The notes below the pieces were generated by a model that worked only from the letters and a program-made list of their open reading frames with translations, ran no database searches and had not been told where the DNA came from. Positions 46,256-55,018 of a DNA stretch of 64,000 nucleotides are shown here, in pieces; positions within the stretch are counted from its first letter, which is position 1; each line of letters begins with the position of its first letter. This stretch comes from Oscillospiraceae bacterium (GTDB lineage Bacteria > Bacillota > Clostridia > Oscillospirales > CAG-382), in assembly GCA_015064485.1 (NCBI GenBank), contig SVSD01000001.1, forward strand, positions 24,989 to 88,988, written 5' to 3'. Made by a program: the position numbers and the translations under genes.

Positions 46256-47278
46256 TTATCTTCCCCACATTTTCGGAACAAACAGCTCGGAAAAAACTTC
46301 AAGAGCATATCTGTCTGTCATACCGGCAAGATAGTCGGCAACAACTCTGTGGTCACTGTACTGACCGAGGAATTTTTTGTTGTCCGCAGGCATTCTGTCA
46401 GGATTTTTAACGAAATACTCGTACATTTTTGCGAGCATTTCACAAGCCTTGCCTTCTTCTTTTTTTGCAAGGCTGTTTATATATACATTTTCAAACATAA
46501 ATTCGCGAAGTCCGAGTGTTGCCTCTTCAACCTCGGGGCTCATACGAAGCTCAGCTATACCTTTTTCAAAATTTTCAAGAGTTCCTGCCACAAGGCTTTT
46601 TACCATTGTGTCTATGCGATGGGAATGGTCATAACCGAGAATTCTTGAATACTTCACAGGAATCATATCGTCTGTAAGCACGCCTGCACGGATAGCATCG
46701 TCGATATCGTGATTTATGTAAGCAATGCGGTCTGCGTATTTTATAAGCCGTCCTTCAAGGGTTTTTGCAGGCACAGGTCCGGTATGACACAAAATAGCAT
46801 CAAGAACTTCGACTGTAAGATTTAAGCCTTTTCCGTCCCTTTCAAGAACCGTTACTGTACGGATACTTTGTTCGTTGTGAGAAAAGCCCTCGGGACAAAG
46901 CTGTGCCAAAACCCGCTCTCCCGCATGGCCAAAGGGAGTATGCCCAAGATCGTGCCCCAGACACGCCGCTTCAACAAGATCTTCGTTTAATCTTAAAAGT
47001 CTTGCAACGCTTCTGCCGATTTGAGAAACTTCAAGAGTATGGGTTAAACGAGTGCGGTAATGGTCCCCTTCGGGAGAAAGGAAGCATTGGGTTTTATGCA
47101 TAAGGCGACGGAAGGATTTTGCGTGAATTATTCTGTCACGGTCCCGCTGAAATGCTGTTCGCAATTCGCACATTTCAATAGGCTCAAGTCTGCCGGCTGT
47201 TTCGCTCGACAAAAAAGCAAACGGCGAAAGATATTCCCTTTCTTTTTTATCCTGCAGTTCTCTGTATGAAAAATCCAT
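46256..47278 (-). CDS. dgt: dGTP triphosphohydrolase-like HD-domain protein
   Basis: 340 aa. RLTHTLEVSQI and GHDLGHTPFGHAGE HD motifs. Confidence 0.9.
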   Translation of the reverse strand: MDFSYRELQDKKEREYLSPFAFLSSETAGRLEPIEMCELRTAFQRDRDRIIHAKSFRRLMHKTQCFLSPEGDHYRTRLTHTLEVSQIGRSVARLLRLNEDLVEAACLGHDLGHTPFGHAGERVLAQLCPEGFSHNEQSIRTVTVLERDGKGLNLTVEVLDAILCHTGPVPAKTLEGRLIKYADRIAYINHDIDDAIRAGVLTDDMIPVKYSRILGYDHSHRIDTMVKSLVAGTLENFEKGIAELRMSPEVEEATLGLREFMFENVYINSLAKKEEGKACEMLAKMYEYFVKNPDRMPADNKKFLGQYSDHRVVADYLAGMTDRYALEVFSELFVPKMWGR

Positions 47279-47408
47279 TCTTTTACCCCTTTCCGTTAAC
47301 GGTTTTCAGGAAAAGACCTGTTTTGTTATGACACCCGTTTTCGACTGTTTTATATCATATAATATAATATACAGCAACAAGCGTTAAAATACTTTTGTTT
47401 ACGCAATA

Positions 47409-48416
47409 TCAGAGTTTTTTTGCTGTTTTTTCGGTAATTTTTGCAATAACGGATGAAAGCTCCCCCTCAACCGTACATCCTGCGGCTCTTATATGTCCGC
47501 CGCCGCCAAAGCCTGCGGCAATTTCCGCCACATCGACATATTCGTTTGAACGGAGTGACAAACGGTATTTTGAAACGCCGTCTTCCCCTGTTTTTTCTTT
47601 TGCAAAGACGCCGACCTCAACACCTTTTATCATTCTCAAAAGCTGAACGCATGTATCAAATTCGTTCTTATCTATTCCTCTTTCGTCCGCCATTTTATTA
47701 GTCATATACGAAAAAGCGATTTTTCCGTTTTCGTAAAAAGATATATTTTCGGTGCAAAGTGCTTCCGCTTTAAACGAACCTATAGTCTTTATATCAAAAA
47801 GTCTTCTCGAAATATCGGCGTTTTCCGCACCAAGCCCTATAAGTTCACTTGCCGCAAGCATAGTTCTTGCGGATGTGCTCGAATACTTGAAATTTCCCGA
47901 ATCTGATGCAATTGCCGCATAAAGGGCACAGGCTACATTTTTATCGATAAGCTTTTTGCCCGAGAGTCTTTCCATTTCCTTTATTGCAAAGTACATAACC
48001 TCGCCTGCGGAACTTGCATCTTCTTCCACAAAAAGAAAAGGACATTCAAGAGTGTTTACCGCGTGATGATCAAGCGCAAGTTCAAGTCTTGAAGAATATT
48101 CGGAAAGTTCTTCTCCAATAAGTCCCATTGATGCTATATCAACAGAAACTATATGCTCGGGAGTAAAGTTTTCGGGAGTAAAGTTTCCGAAAAAGCATTT
48201 GTTTTCATCCGCATATTTCAATAAAAACTCGGTATTATATGAAAGAGTATCGGCGCAAACTACTACCGCTTCTTTCCCGAGAAGAGAAAGTGCGTCAAGA
48301 AGTCCTAATGCCGTTCCTGCAGTATCTCCGTCGGGATGACCGTGAGCAAGTATCATAATTTTATCAAAGCCGAGCATCTTACTTGCATATTCGCCAACTG
48401 TGATTCTCTCTGTCAA
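47409..48416 (-). CDS. nrnA: DHH/DHHA1 phosphoesterase (NrnA-like oligoribonuclease/pAp phosphatase)
   Basis: 335 aa. HPDGDTAGT, DHH, and GGGGHIRAAG motifs. Confidence 0.88.
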   Translation of the reverse strand: MTERITVGEYASKMLGFDKIMILAHGHPDGDTAGTALGLLDALSLLGKEAVVVCADTLSYNTEFLLKYADENKCFFGNFTPENFTPEHIVSVDIASMGLIGEELSEYSSRLELALDHHAVNTLECPFLFVEEDASSAGEVMYFAIKEMERLSGKKLIDKNVACALYAAIASDSGNFKYSSTSARTMLAASELIGLGAENADISRRLFDIKTIGSFKAEALCTENISFYENGKIAFSYMTNKMADERGIDKNEFDTCVQLLRMIKGVEVGVFAKEKTGEDGVSKYRLSLRSNEYVDVAEIAAGFGGGGHIRAAGCTVEGELSSVIAKITEKTAKKL

Positions 48417-48672
48417 TTTCGGATACTCCTTTACATTTCAATTTATATAGAAAATATATTATAACACAAAAACAGATTTTTTTCAATTATTTTTGACAAC
48501 TTATTTAAATATAGCTTTATTTTCCCGATTTTATTATCAGCTATATAATTTTTTACATTTGATTTTAATAAAAAATCACAAAACTATCACAAAGAGGTCA
48601 TTGTTTTTACAAAATATTTATTTATAATGTGCTTGTAAACTTAACAGAGTAACTTTTACGGAGGTTATATAT

Positions 48673-50151
48673 ATGAATAACGAAAACGAATTTGACAAGA
48701 TCATTCCCGAGAATAATCTTTCGGAAACCGGCAATACCGAAGGTTCGGATAACGAAATTTCAGCAAATTCTTTTGAAATAAGAGAAAACCCGCTTCCGGA
48801 GGAAATACCTGCTGAAAAAGAACAGGAAGTAATTTCCCAAGATTCTCAGAAAAGCGAACAGGAACAAACAGAAATAGTTTATAATGCTTCGGGTACGGAT
48901 TCGGGATACACTTGCGATATGCGTACTGTCACTTCTAAAAATTCAAAAAAATCAAGCGGAATAAAAGTTGCAGCCCTTATAATTGCGGCTCTTTTCACTC
49001 TCACTTTTATGACATATGTTTCATTTACCATCGCCGAAAGACTTGGAGCTTTTGATAAGATCTTAAGCGGCGACATCTTCCAGATGGAGCTTCCGAAGGG
49101 TGCGAATGAAAACAAAAATTCAAATTCCGGCGAAAAGATAGACGAAATTTTAAGCACACCGGTCCCCGGAAGCAGCACTTCACAGCCCCTTTCTGTAAAT
49201 CAGATTGCGGAAAAATGCCGTCCCTCATCTGTAGGTATTATGGTTGAAACCGAGCAGTATTATTTCGGAAGAGTATATACAACCTCGGGCGTCGGATCGG
49301 GATTTATCCTTTCCGAAGACGGATATATCGCCACAAACAACCATGTGGTATCGGGTGCTACCCGCATAACAGTAGTTCTTGATGACGGTACAGAACATAT
49401 GGCAACTCTTATCGGTGCCGATTCTGTTACAGATATCGCTGTTGTAAAAATAGAAGCTTCCGGTCTTCCCGTTATGGAAAGAGGAAATTCTGACGAAGTT
49501 GCTGTTGGTGATCTTGCAGTTGCCATCGGCACACCCGCTTCAATCGAACTTTCGGGAACGGTAACAGACGGTATTATCTCGGCTGTCGGAAGAAAAATAG
49601 ATATAACCGATTCTTACGGCAGAGTTGTTAAAACTATGAATCTTATTCAGACAAATGCTACAATCAACCCCGGAAACTCCGGCGGTCCCCTTATCAACCG
49701 TTACGGTCAGGTTATAGGAATAAACACATTAAAGCTTACCGATGAATTTGAGGGCATCGGCTTTGCAATTCCGATAAACGGCGCCATAAGCATTATGAAT
49801 CAGCTCATAAAAGACGGCGAAGTTACAGACAGAAACGACGGACTTGTCAGCGGAAAGGCATCTATCGGTATTCAGTGTTACGACATAACAGCCGAGGAAG
49901 CAGAGTATTACGGTATCCCACAGGCAGTTATGGTAATGCAGGTAAACCGCGCAAGTTCCGCTTCGAAAGCAGGCCTTTTGAGAGGCGATATTATCGTAAA
50001 ATTCAACGGTTCCGATGTAAAGACAACTGAAGATATAAACCGACTTAAAGACAGATGCTCTGTCGGAGATGAAGTAACCCTTACGGTATTCAGAGATTCG
50101 GAAAATGCTCAGGTTGATATTACCTTTAAACTTGATATGCAGACAAATTAA
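48673..50151 (+). CDS. htrA: HtrA/DegP-family serine protease with PDZ domain, membrane-anchored
   Basis: 492 aa. Long acidic N-terminal region then a TM helix. TNNHVV (His) and GNSGGPL (Ser) triad context. C-terminal PDZ. Confidence 0.9.
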   Translation: MNNENEFDKIIPENNLSETGNTEGSDNEISANSFEIRENPLPEEIPAEKEQEVISQDSQKSEQEQTEIVYNASGTDSGYTCDMRTVTSKNSKKSSGIKVAALIIAALFTLTFMTYVSFTIAERLGAFDKILSGDIFQMELPKGANENKNSNSGEKIDEILSTPVPGSSTSQPLSVNQIAEKCRPSSVGIMVETEQYYFGRVYTTSGVGSGFILSEDGYIATNNHVVSGATRITVVLDDGTEHMATLIGADSVTDIAVVKIEASGLPVMERGNSDEVAVGDLAVAIGTPASIELSGTVTDGIISAVGRKIDITDSYGRVVKTMNLIQTNATINPGNSGGPLINRYGQVIGINTLKLTDEFEGIGFAIPINGAISIMNQLIKDGEVTDRNDGLVSGKASIGIQCYDITAEEAEYYGIPQAVMVMQVNRASSASKAGLLRGDIIVKFNGSDVKTTEDINRLKDRCSVGDEVTLTVFRDSENAQVDITFKLDMQTN

Positions 50152-50157
50152 TCCTGT

Positions 50158-50190
50158 GGCGGGAACCTATCAGTTCCCGCCTTTTATTTT
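50158..50190 (+). terminator. Intrinsic terminator after htrA
   Basis: 9-bp stem GGCGGGAAC/GTTCCCGCC followed by TTTTATTTT. Confidence 0.85.
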
Positions 50191-50285
50191 GTCATATTTC
50201 GGTTTTCTTATTGACAAAAAAACAAAAGAAATGTATCATTGAGTTATATAAAATTTAATATATTTTTCGACGGAAGGAACCTTTT

Positions 50286-52556
50286 ATGACTCTTGAAAAA
50301 ATATATTCGAAAAAACCCGTTTATAAAAACAGATACGAAACGGACACCCTTTTTATGCTTCCGAAAGGAAGTGCAAAATTCAAAGGCGTTTTTGACGAAG
50401 CAATAAGATTTGTGTCCGAAAATCAGTGTAAAAACAAACATAACTGGATTCTTTTCGCCGAACAGTTCAAAACCGAAGCAGATGACAAGGAAAATTCCTG
50501 GAGAAGCGAATACTGGGGCAAAATGATGAGAGGTGCGGCCTTTACATACGCATATACTCTTGACGAAGAGCTTTATGAAATAATGGTTGAAACCGTAAAG
50601 GACCTTCTCACAGCTCAGGATGACTTGGGAAGAATCACCACATACAGCGTTGAAAGAGAATTTAACGGCTGGGATATGTGGGGAAGGAAATATGTGCTTT
50701 TAGGTTTGCAGTATTTTCTTGATGTCTGCCGGGAAACAGAACTTAAAGAAAAAGTTATAGACGCAATGTGCAAAAGCCTTGATTATATAATCTCAAAAAT
50801 AGGAAAAGAAGAAGACGGAAAGCTTCCAATCACAAAAACAAGCAACAGATGGGAGGGATTGAATTCCTGTTCCATTCTTGAGCCCGTCGTAAGACTTTAT
50901 AATCTCACAGGCAAAAAAGATTATCTTGAATTTGCCGACTATATAGTTTCAACCGGCGGAATAGAAAGCGGAAATATTTTCGAACTTGCTTACGAAGGTA
51001 AACTTTACCCTTATCAGTACCCTGTAACAAAAGCTTATGAAATGATGTCAAATTTCGAAGGGCTTATAGAGTATTACCGTGTGACAGGTATTCAAAAATG
51101 GAAGACAGCTGCCTGCAATTTCGGAAAGCTTGTCGCAAAATCCGACCTTACAATAATCGGAAGCTCAGGTTGTACTCATGAGCTTTTTGATAACTCCGCA
51201 GTACGCCAGACAAATACCGAAAACTTGATGATAATGCAGGAAACCTGCGTTACCGTAACATGGATAAAATTTATAACTCAGGTTCTTCTTCTCTGCGGAG
51301 AAGCGCATCTTGTCGACGATATCGAAACTTCGGTATATAACGCCCTTCTCGGCTCTATAAATACCGAACACAGCGACGCTCTTGCAGGATTTACCTTTGA
51401 CAGCTACAGCCCCCTTCTTATGGCGACCCGCGCCCGCCAGCTCGGAGGCACACAAACTATGAGAAACGGAACTGAAGTTTACGGATGCTGTGTTGCAATA
51501 GGCGCCGCCGGTACAGGTCATGTTCCTTCCGTCGCTGTTATGGCGCGTCAAGACGGAATTGCTGTAAATCTTTATGAAAAGGGACAGGTAAAAGCATTTA
51601 CTCCGTCGGGGAATAATTTGGAGCTTTTCTTTGATACAGAATATCCTTACGACGGAGAAATAAATATAAAGGTTTCTCCCGAAAAGGCTGAAAAGTTTAC
51701 CCTTGCCTTTCGTATTCCCGCATGGAGCAAGAAAACCCTCCTTAAGATAAACGGAAAACCTCAGGAAGCCCATATCGGCTACACAGAAATAGAAAGAGTA
51801 TGGGAAAAGGATGACGAGATCACTCTTTCTTTTGATATGCGTATCAGAATTATAAATGCTTTTGATGATAAAGACGACAAAAACGCAAAATATCATAAGG
51901 CTCTTGTTCGCGGTCCTATCGTTCTTGCAAGAGATGCAAGACTCGGTCAGGAGATCGATTCTTTAGTTGATTTTGAAACAGATGAATACGGTTTTGCAGT
52001 TGCAAAAGAAACAAATAATGCAAAATTCGCAAGACATCTTGAATATGCCGTAAAGCAAAAAGACGGAAGCTTTATTACAGTTGTCGATTATGCATCTGCA
52101 GGAAAGACATGGCGGCGTGATTCAAGAATGACTGCGTGGATGCCGACAAAAGAATACTGGAAATTTGATGAGAAAAATCCGTTAAGCTTTAAACTTAACG
52201 GCAAATATCTCTCGGTTTATGACGGCTGCATTCTCCTTTCGGACGAAAAACAAATGTGGAAAATAGAAAGATGCGGTTTTTATATACGCTTAAAAAATGC
52301 AAAAACAAATAAGTATCTTGCCGTTCTTAAAAAAGATGATGTCTGCCGTATACAAATGACAGATTTTTGCGATTGCGACTGTCTTAAGTGGAATTTCACA
52401 AAAGCGGCTCTTAACCGCTATACCCTTGAAAACAAAATGTTTGGTCTTCAGCTCTATTTTGACAGAATTTGCGGCGAATTTATACTTGAAGCTCCTTTTT
52501 CGGAACATTTTGTGTTTGACACTTCCGTATGGAGAGAGTTTACCGTCAAAAATTAA
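50286..52556 (+). CDS. GH127-family (DUF1680) beta-L-arabinofuranosidase-like glycoside hydrolase
   Basis: 756 aa with no signal peptide. QETC and GCC motifs are positioned like the Glu/Cys zinc-thiol centre of GH127 HypBA1 (from recollection). Confidence 0.75.
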   Translation: MTLEKIYSKKPVYKNRYETDTLFMLPKGSAKFKGVFDEAIRFVSENQCKNKHNWILFAEQFKTEADDKENSWRSEYWGKMMRGAAFTYAYTLDEELYEIMVETVKDLLTAQDDLGRITTYSVEREFNGWDMWGRKYVLLGLQYFLDVCRETELKEKVIDAMCKSLDYIISKIGKEEDGKLPITKTSNRWEGLNSCSILEPVVRLYNLTGKKDYLEFADYIVSTGGIESGNIFELAYEGKLYPYQYPVTKAYEMMSNFEGLIEYYRVTGIQKWKTAACNFGKLVAKSDLTIIGSSGCTHELFDNSAVRQTNTENLMIMQETCVTVTWIKFITQVLLLCGEAHLVDDIETSVYNALLGSINTEHSDALAGFTFDSYSPLLMATRARQLGGTQTMRNGTEVYGCCVAIGAAGTGHVPSVAVMARQDGIAVNLYEKGQVKAFTPSGNNLELFFDTEYPYDGEINIKVSPEKAEKFTLAFRIPAWSKKTLLKINGKPQEAHIGYTEIERVWEKDDEITLSFDMRIRIINAFDDKDDKNAKYHKALVRGPIVLARDARLGQEIDSLVDFETDEYGFAVAKETNNAKFARHLEYAVKQKDGSFITVVDYASAGKTWRRDSRMTAWMPTKEYWKFDEKNPLSFKLNGKYLSVYDGCILLSDEKQMWKIERCGFYIRLKNAKTNKYLAVLKKDDVCRIQMTDFCDCDCLKWNFTKAALNRYTLENKMFGLQLYFDRICGEFILEAPFSEHFVFDTSVWREFTVKN

Positions 52557-52591
52557 GTTTTAAATATATCCGCAAAAACGAGGTTTTATAA

Positions 52592-54382
52592 ATGAACAAC
52601 ATTTCATACATAAACGATAAAGAAACAATAACTGCTACAAGTGAATGTGAAATCGATCTTGCAAACGAAAAGCATCTTGAAATTCCGTGGAAGGTTTTCA
52701 TCGGCTGGAAGCTGGAAGACGGTACGGAAATACCCGCAAAAGTATTCTTAAAAAGCGGAGATGTTTTAAAGGCACATTATATAGACTTTGATAAATCAGA
52801 TTTCTTTGTAAAAGAGGCGCAGATAAAAGACGGAGAAAGTCCGGCTTTGCGTTTTATAATAGAAAAAAACAAAGCTTTTTACGACAAGCTTCCGAATTCC
52901 AATGAATTCGGAGCGCTGATTCTTCCGACCGACAAAACATGGGGCCGCAGTATGTATCTTGATTCTCCCATCGTTGCGGAATGGGCTTGGGATGAAGAAA
53001 CAAAATTAAATTTCACAGTCAAATCTTCAAACGGAAATACGCCTTTAAATGTCGTTTGTAAAAATGTTTTTGAAAACTGTGATAACAGCCTTTCATACAC
53101 CGTATGTGTTACAAATATTGACAAAAAGTTATACAAAACCTTCTACACCGTAAGAGGCTATATCAAATATGTTGACCTTAACGGTATATCAAAGGTCTTT
53201 TATTCGGATTATTATCAGGCGAGCCTTTATAATACCGCCCTTGATTGTACAAATAAAAACGGCACAGCCGGCGAAATTGTAAAATATTGCGAAACTATAC
53301 TCAAAGACGAATATCTTGCAGAAAATTATGATAACAGAGTAAATCTTTCGGGATACGAAGATACCGCCGACAAAAATCCCAATCACGCAATGTATGCACT
53401 TAAAAACGGCATAAAAGTAAGAGAAGTTGTGATCGATACAGGAAAGGCTCACAGCCAGCCGGTTGAAATAGTACATTTTGCCGACACCCATCTCAATTTC
53501 ATAAACGAAAAAGATCTTGAAGAAGGTGAAATAAACACCCTTTCCACATACAGAGGAAGAAAATGGCAAAGAGACGGACATTCTGTCGAAAATATCTCAA
53601 GAGTTATGGAATATGCATCTTTTTTTGACCAGACGGTAATAACAGGCGATATTATGGATTATTTTTCATGGGGCTGCGGCGAAATTATGAAAAAGATGAT
53701 TATCGACCGAGACCGTGATGCTATCCTTGTTGTCGGCAACCACGAGCCTGCCGAACTTATGCAGGAGGATCTTCCCGGACTTTCATATAAATATTCTCTT
53801 GATGAAAGATACCAAAGAATTCAATCGCTCTGGGCAGACGGGCAAAACCTTTTCTATCACTCAAAAATACTCAAAAATAAAACCGGCGAAGATATGGCAA
53901 TGCTTGTTGCGCTTGATAATCAAAGAGATAAATACTGGGGTATAAAACAGGCAATCCCCTTTGCCGCCGATATAGAAAAGGCGCGGGCGCTTGATATTCC
54001 TGTCCTTATCTTCCAGCACGATCCTGTTTGTACCAATAATCCACAAGATGCAAAAGCCACTTTCTTTTACGAGCCCGGAGATGTAGGCGGACTTCCGCCG
54101 GAGGAATGGTTCACAAATATGATGGATGACCGTTTTACAGGATACGATCCGAGTGATTTTGAAACTATGATGGTTTATGACCTTATAGCGAAGAATTATG
54201 ATATAATCAAAGGCGTTTTTTGCGGTCACTGGCACAATCATATGTATACCGAGATCGTCGGCAAAAATCTTGATGGAAGCTTTGCTGTCGATGAAAACGG
54301 CAATTATAAAGTTATTCCCCAATATATTGTTACAGCCAACGCTTACAAATGCGGAAGCCTTATAAAGATAACTGTAAAATAA
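52592..54382 (+). CDS. Calcineurin-like metallophosphoesterase with a ~290-aa N-terminal domain of unknown function
   Basis: 596 aa. HFADTHL, GDIMD, GNHE and GHWH motifs in the C-terminal half. Confidence 0.8.
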   Translation: MNNISYINDKETITATSECEIDLANEKHLEIPWKVFIGWKLEDGTEIPAKVFLKSGDVLKAHYIDFDKSDFFVKEAQIKDGESPALRFIIEKNKAFYDKLPNSNEFGALILPTDKTWGRSMYLDSPIVAEWAWDEETKLNFTVKSSNGNTPLNVVCKNVFENCDNSLSYTVCVTNIDKKLYKTFYTVRGYIKYVDLNGISKVFYSDYYQASLYNTALDCTNKNGTAGEIVKYCETILKDEYLAENYDNRVNLSGYEDTADKNPNHAMYALKNGIKVREVVIDTGKAHSQPVEIVHFADTHLNFINEKDLEEGEINTLSTYRGRKWQRDGHSVENISRVMEYASFFDQTVITGDIMDYFSWGCGEIMKKMIIDRDRDAILVVGNHEPAELMQEDLPGLSYKYSLDERYQRIQSLWADGQNLFYHSKILKNKTGEDMAMLVALDNQRDKYWGIKQAIPFAADIEKARALDIPVLIFQHDPVCTNNPQDAKATFFYEPGDVGGLPPEEWFTNMMDDRFTGYDPSDFETMMVYDLIAKNYDIIKGVFCGHWHNHMYTEIVGKNLDGSFAVDENGNYKVIPQYIVTANAYKCGSLIKITVK

Positions 54383-54383
54383 T

Positions 54384-54425
54384 AAAACAGCTCTTGCATA
54401 TTAAACTTTTGCAAGAGCTGTTTTT
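54384..54425. terminator. Bidirectional intrinsic terminator
   Basis: A4, then an 11-bp stem CAGCTCTTGCA/TGCAAGAGCTG, then T5. Confidence 0.85.
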
Positions 54426-54427
54426 AT

Positions 54428-54946
54428 TTATTTTCTTTTATTTATCAGCATAACCGCTAAAGGAATAACGACAAGCTGAATTATAATCCCGGGAACAGCA
54501 TTAAAAACAGATTCTGCCATAAAATAGGAAAATCCGAAGCTTTTTCCTAAAACTTCCATGCAGATAAACATCGCAAATCCCCAAACGATCCTTCCCGCTA
54601 TCATAGAAATGATAAGGGAAAGGTATATGTATATCTTCTTTTTGGGAAATATTTTATACATAAGTCCCGCCATCATACCATACACCGCAAGTTCTGCCGC
54701 CATACACACAGCTCTTGGAAAAAGTGCCGGCATACTGATTGTAAGCGATCTTAAAAGCGGGGAAATAACCCCTGCCGCAAGACCGTATTGCCAGCCGCAA
54801 ATATATCCGCACAAAATAACAGGAAGATGCATCGGACAAAGCATATTTCCGATATCAGGTATCTGGCCGGTTAAAAACGGCAAAATATATGCCATTGCTA
54901 TAAAAAGTGCAGACAGCACTATATTTTTAATCTTCTTATTTTTCAT
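54428..54946 (-). CDS. ECF-transporter S-component-like membrane protein (substrate unknown)
   Basis: Track ORF trimmed to ATG 54946 (AGAGG RBS). About 172 aa with six predicted TM helices. The LPFLTGQIP...PMHLPVILCG pattern resembles ECF S components. Confidence 0.55.
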   Translation of the reverse strand: MKNKKIKNIVLSALFIAMAYILPFLTGQIPDIGNMLCPMHLPVILCGYICGWQYGLAAGVISPLLRSLTISMPALFPRAVCMAAELAVYGMMAGLMYKIFPKKKIYIYLSLIISMIAGRIVWGFAMFICMEVLGKSFGFSYFMAESVFNAVPGIIIQLVVIPLAVMLINKRK

Positions 54947-54980
54947 AAAACCTCTGTCCGTAATAAAGCTTAATTCATTC

Positions 54981-55013
54981 AAAATTAAAGAGGATTGTAA
55001 AACAATCCTCTTT
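54981..55013 (-). terminator. Intrinsic terminator after the degenerate P-type ATPase homologue
   Basis: 11-bp stem AAAGAGGATTG/CAATCCTCTTT followed on the minus strand by TTTAATTTT. Confidence 0.7.
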
Positions 55014-55018
55014 TGTGA

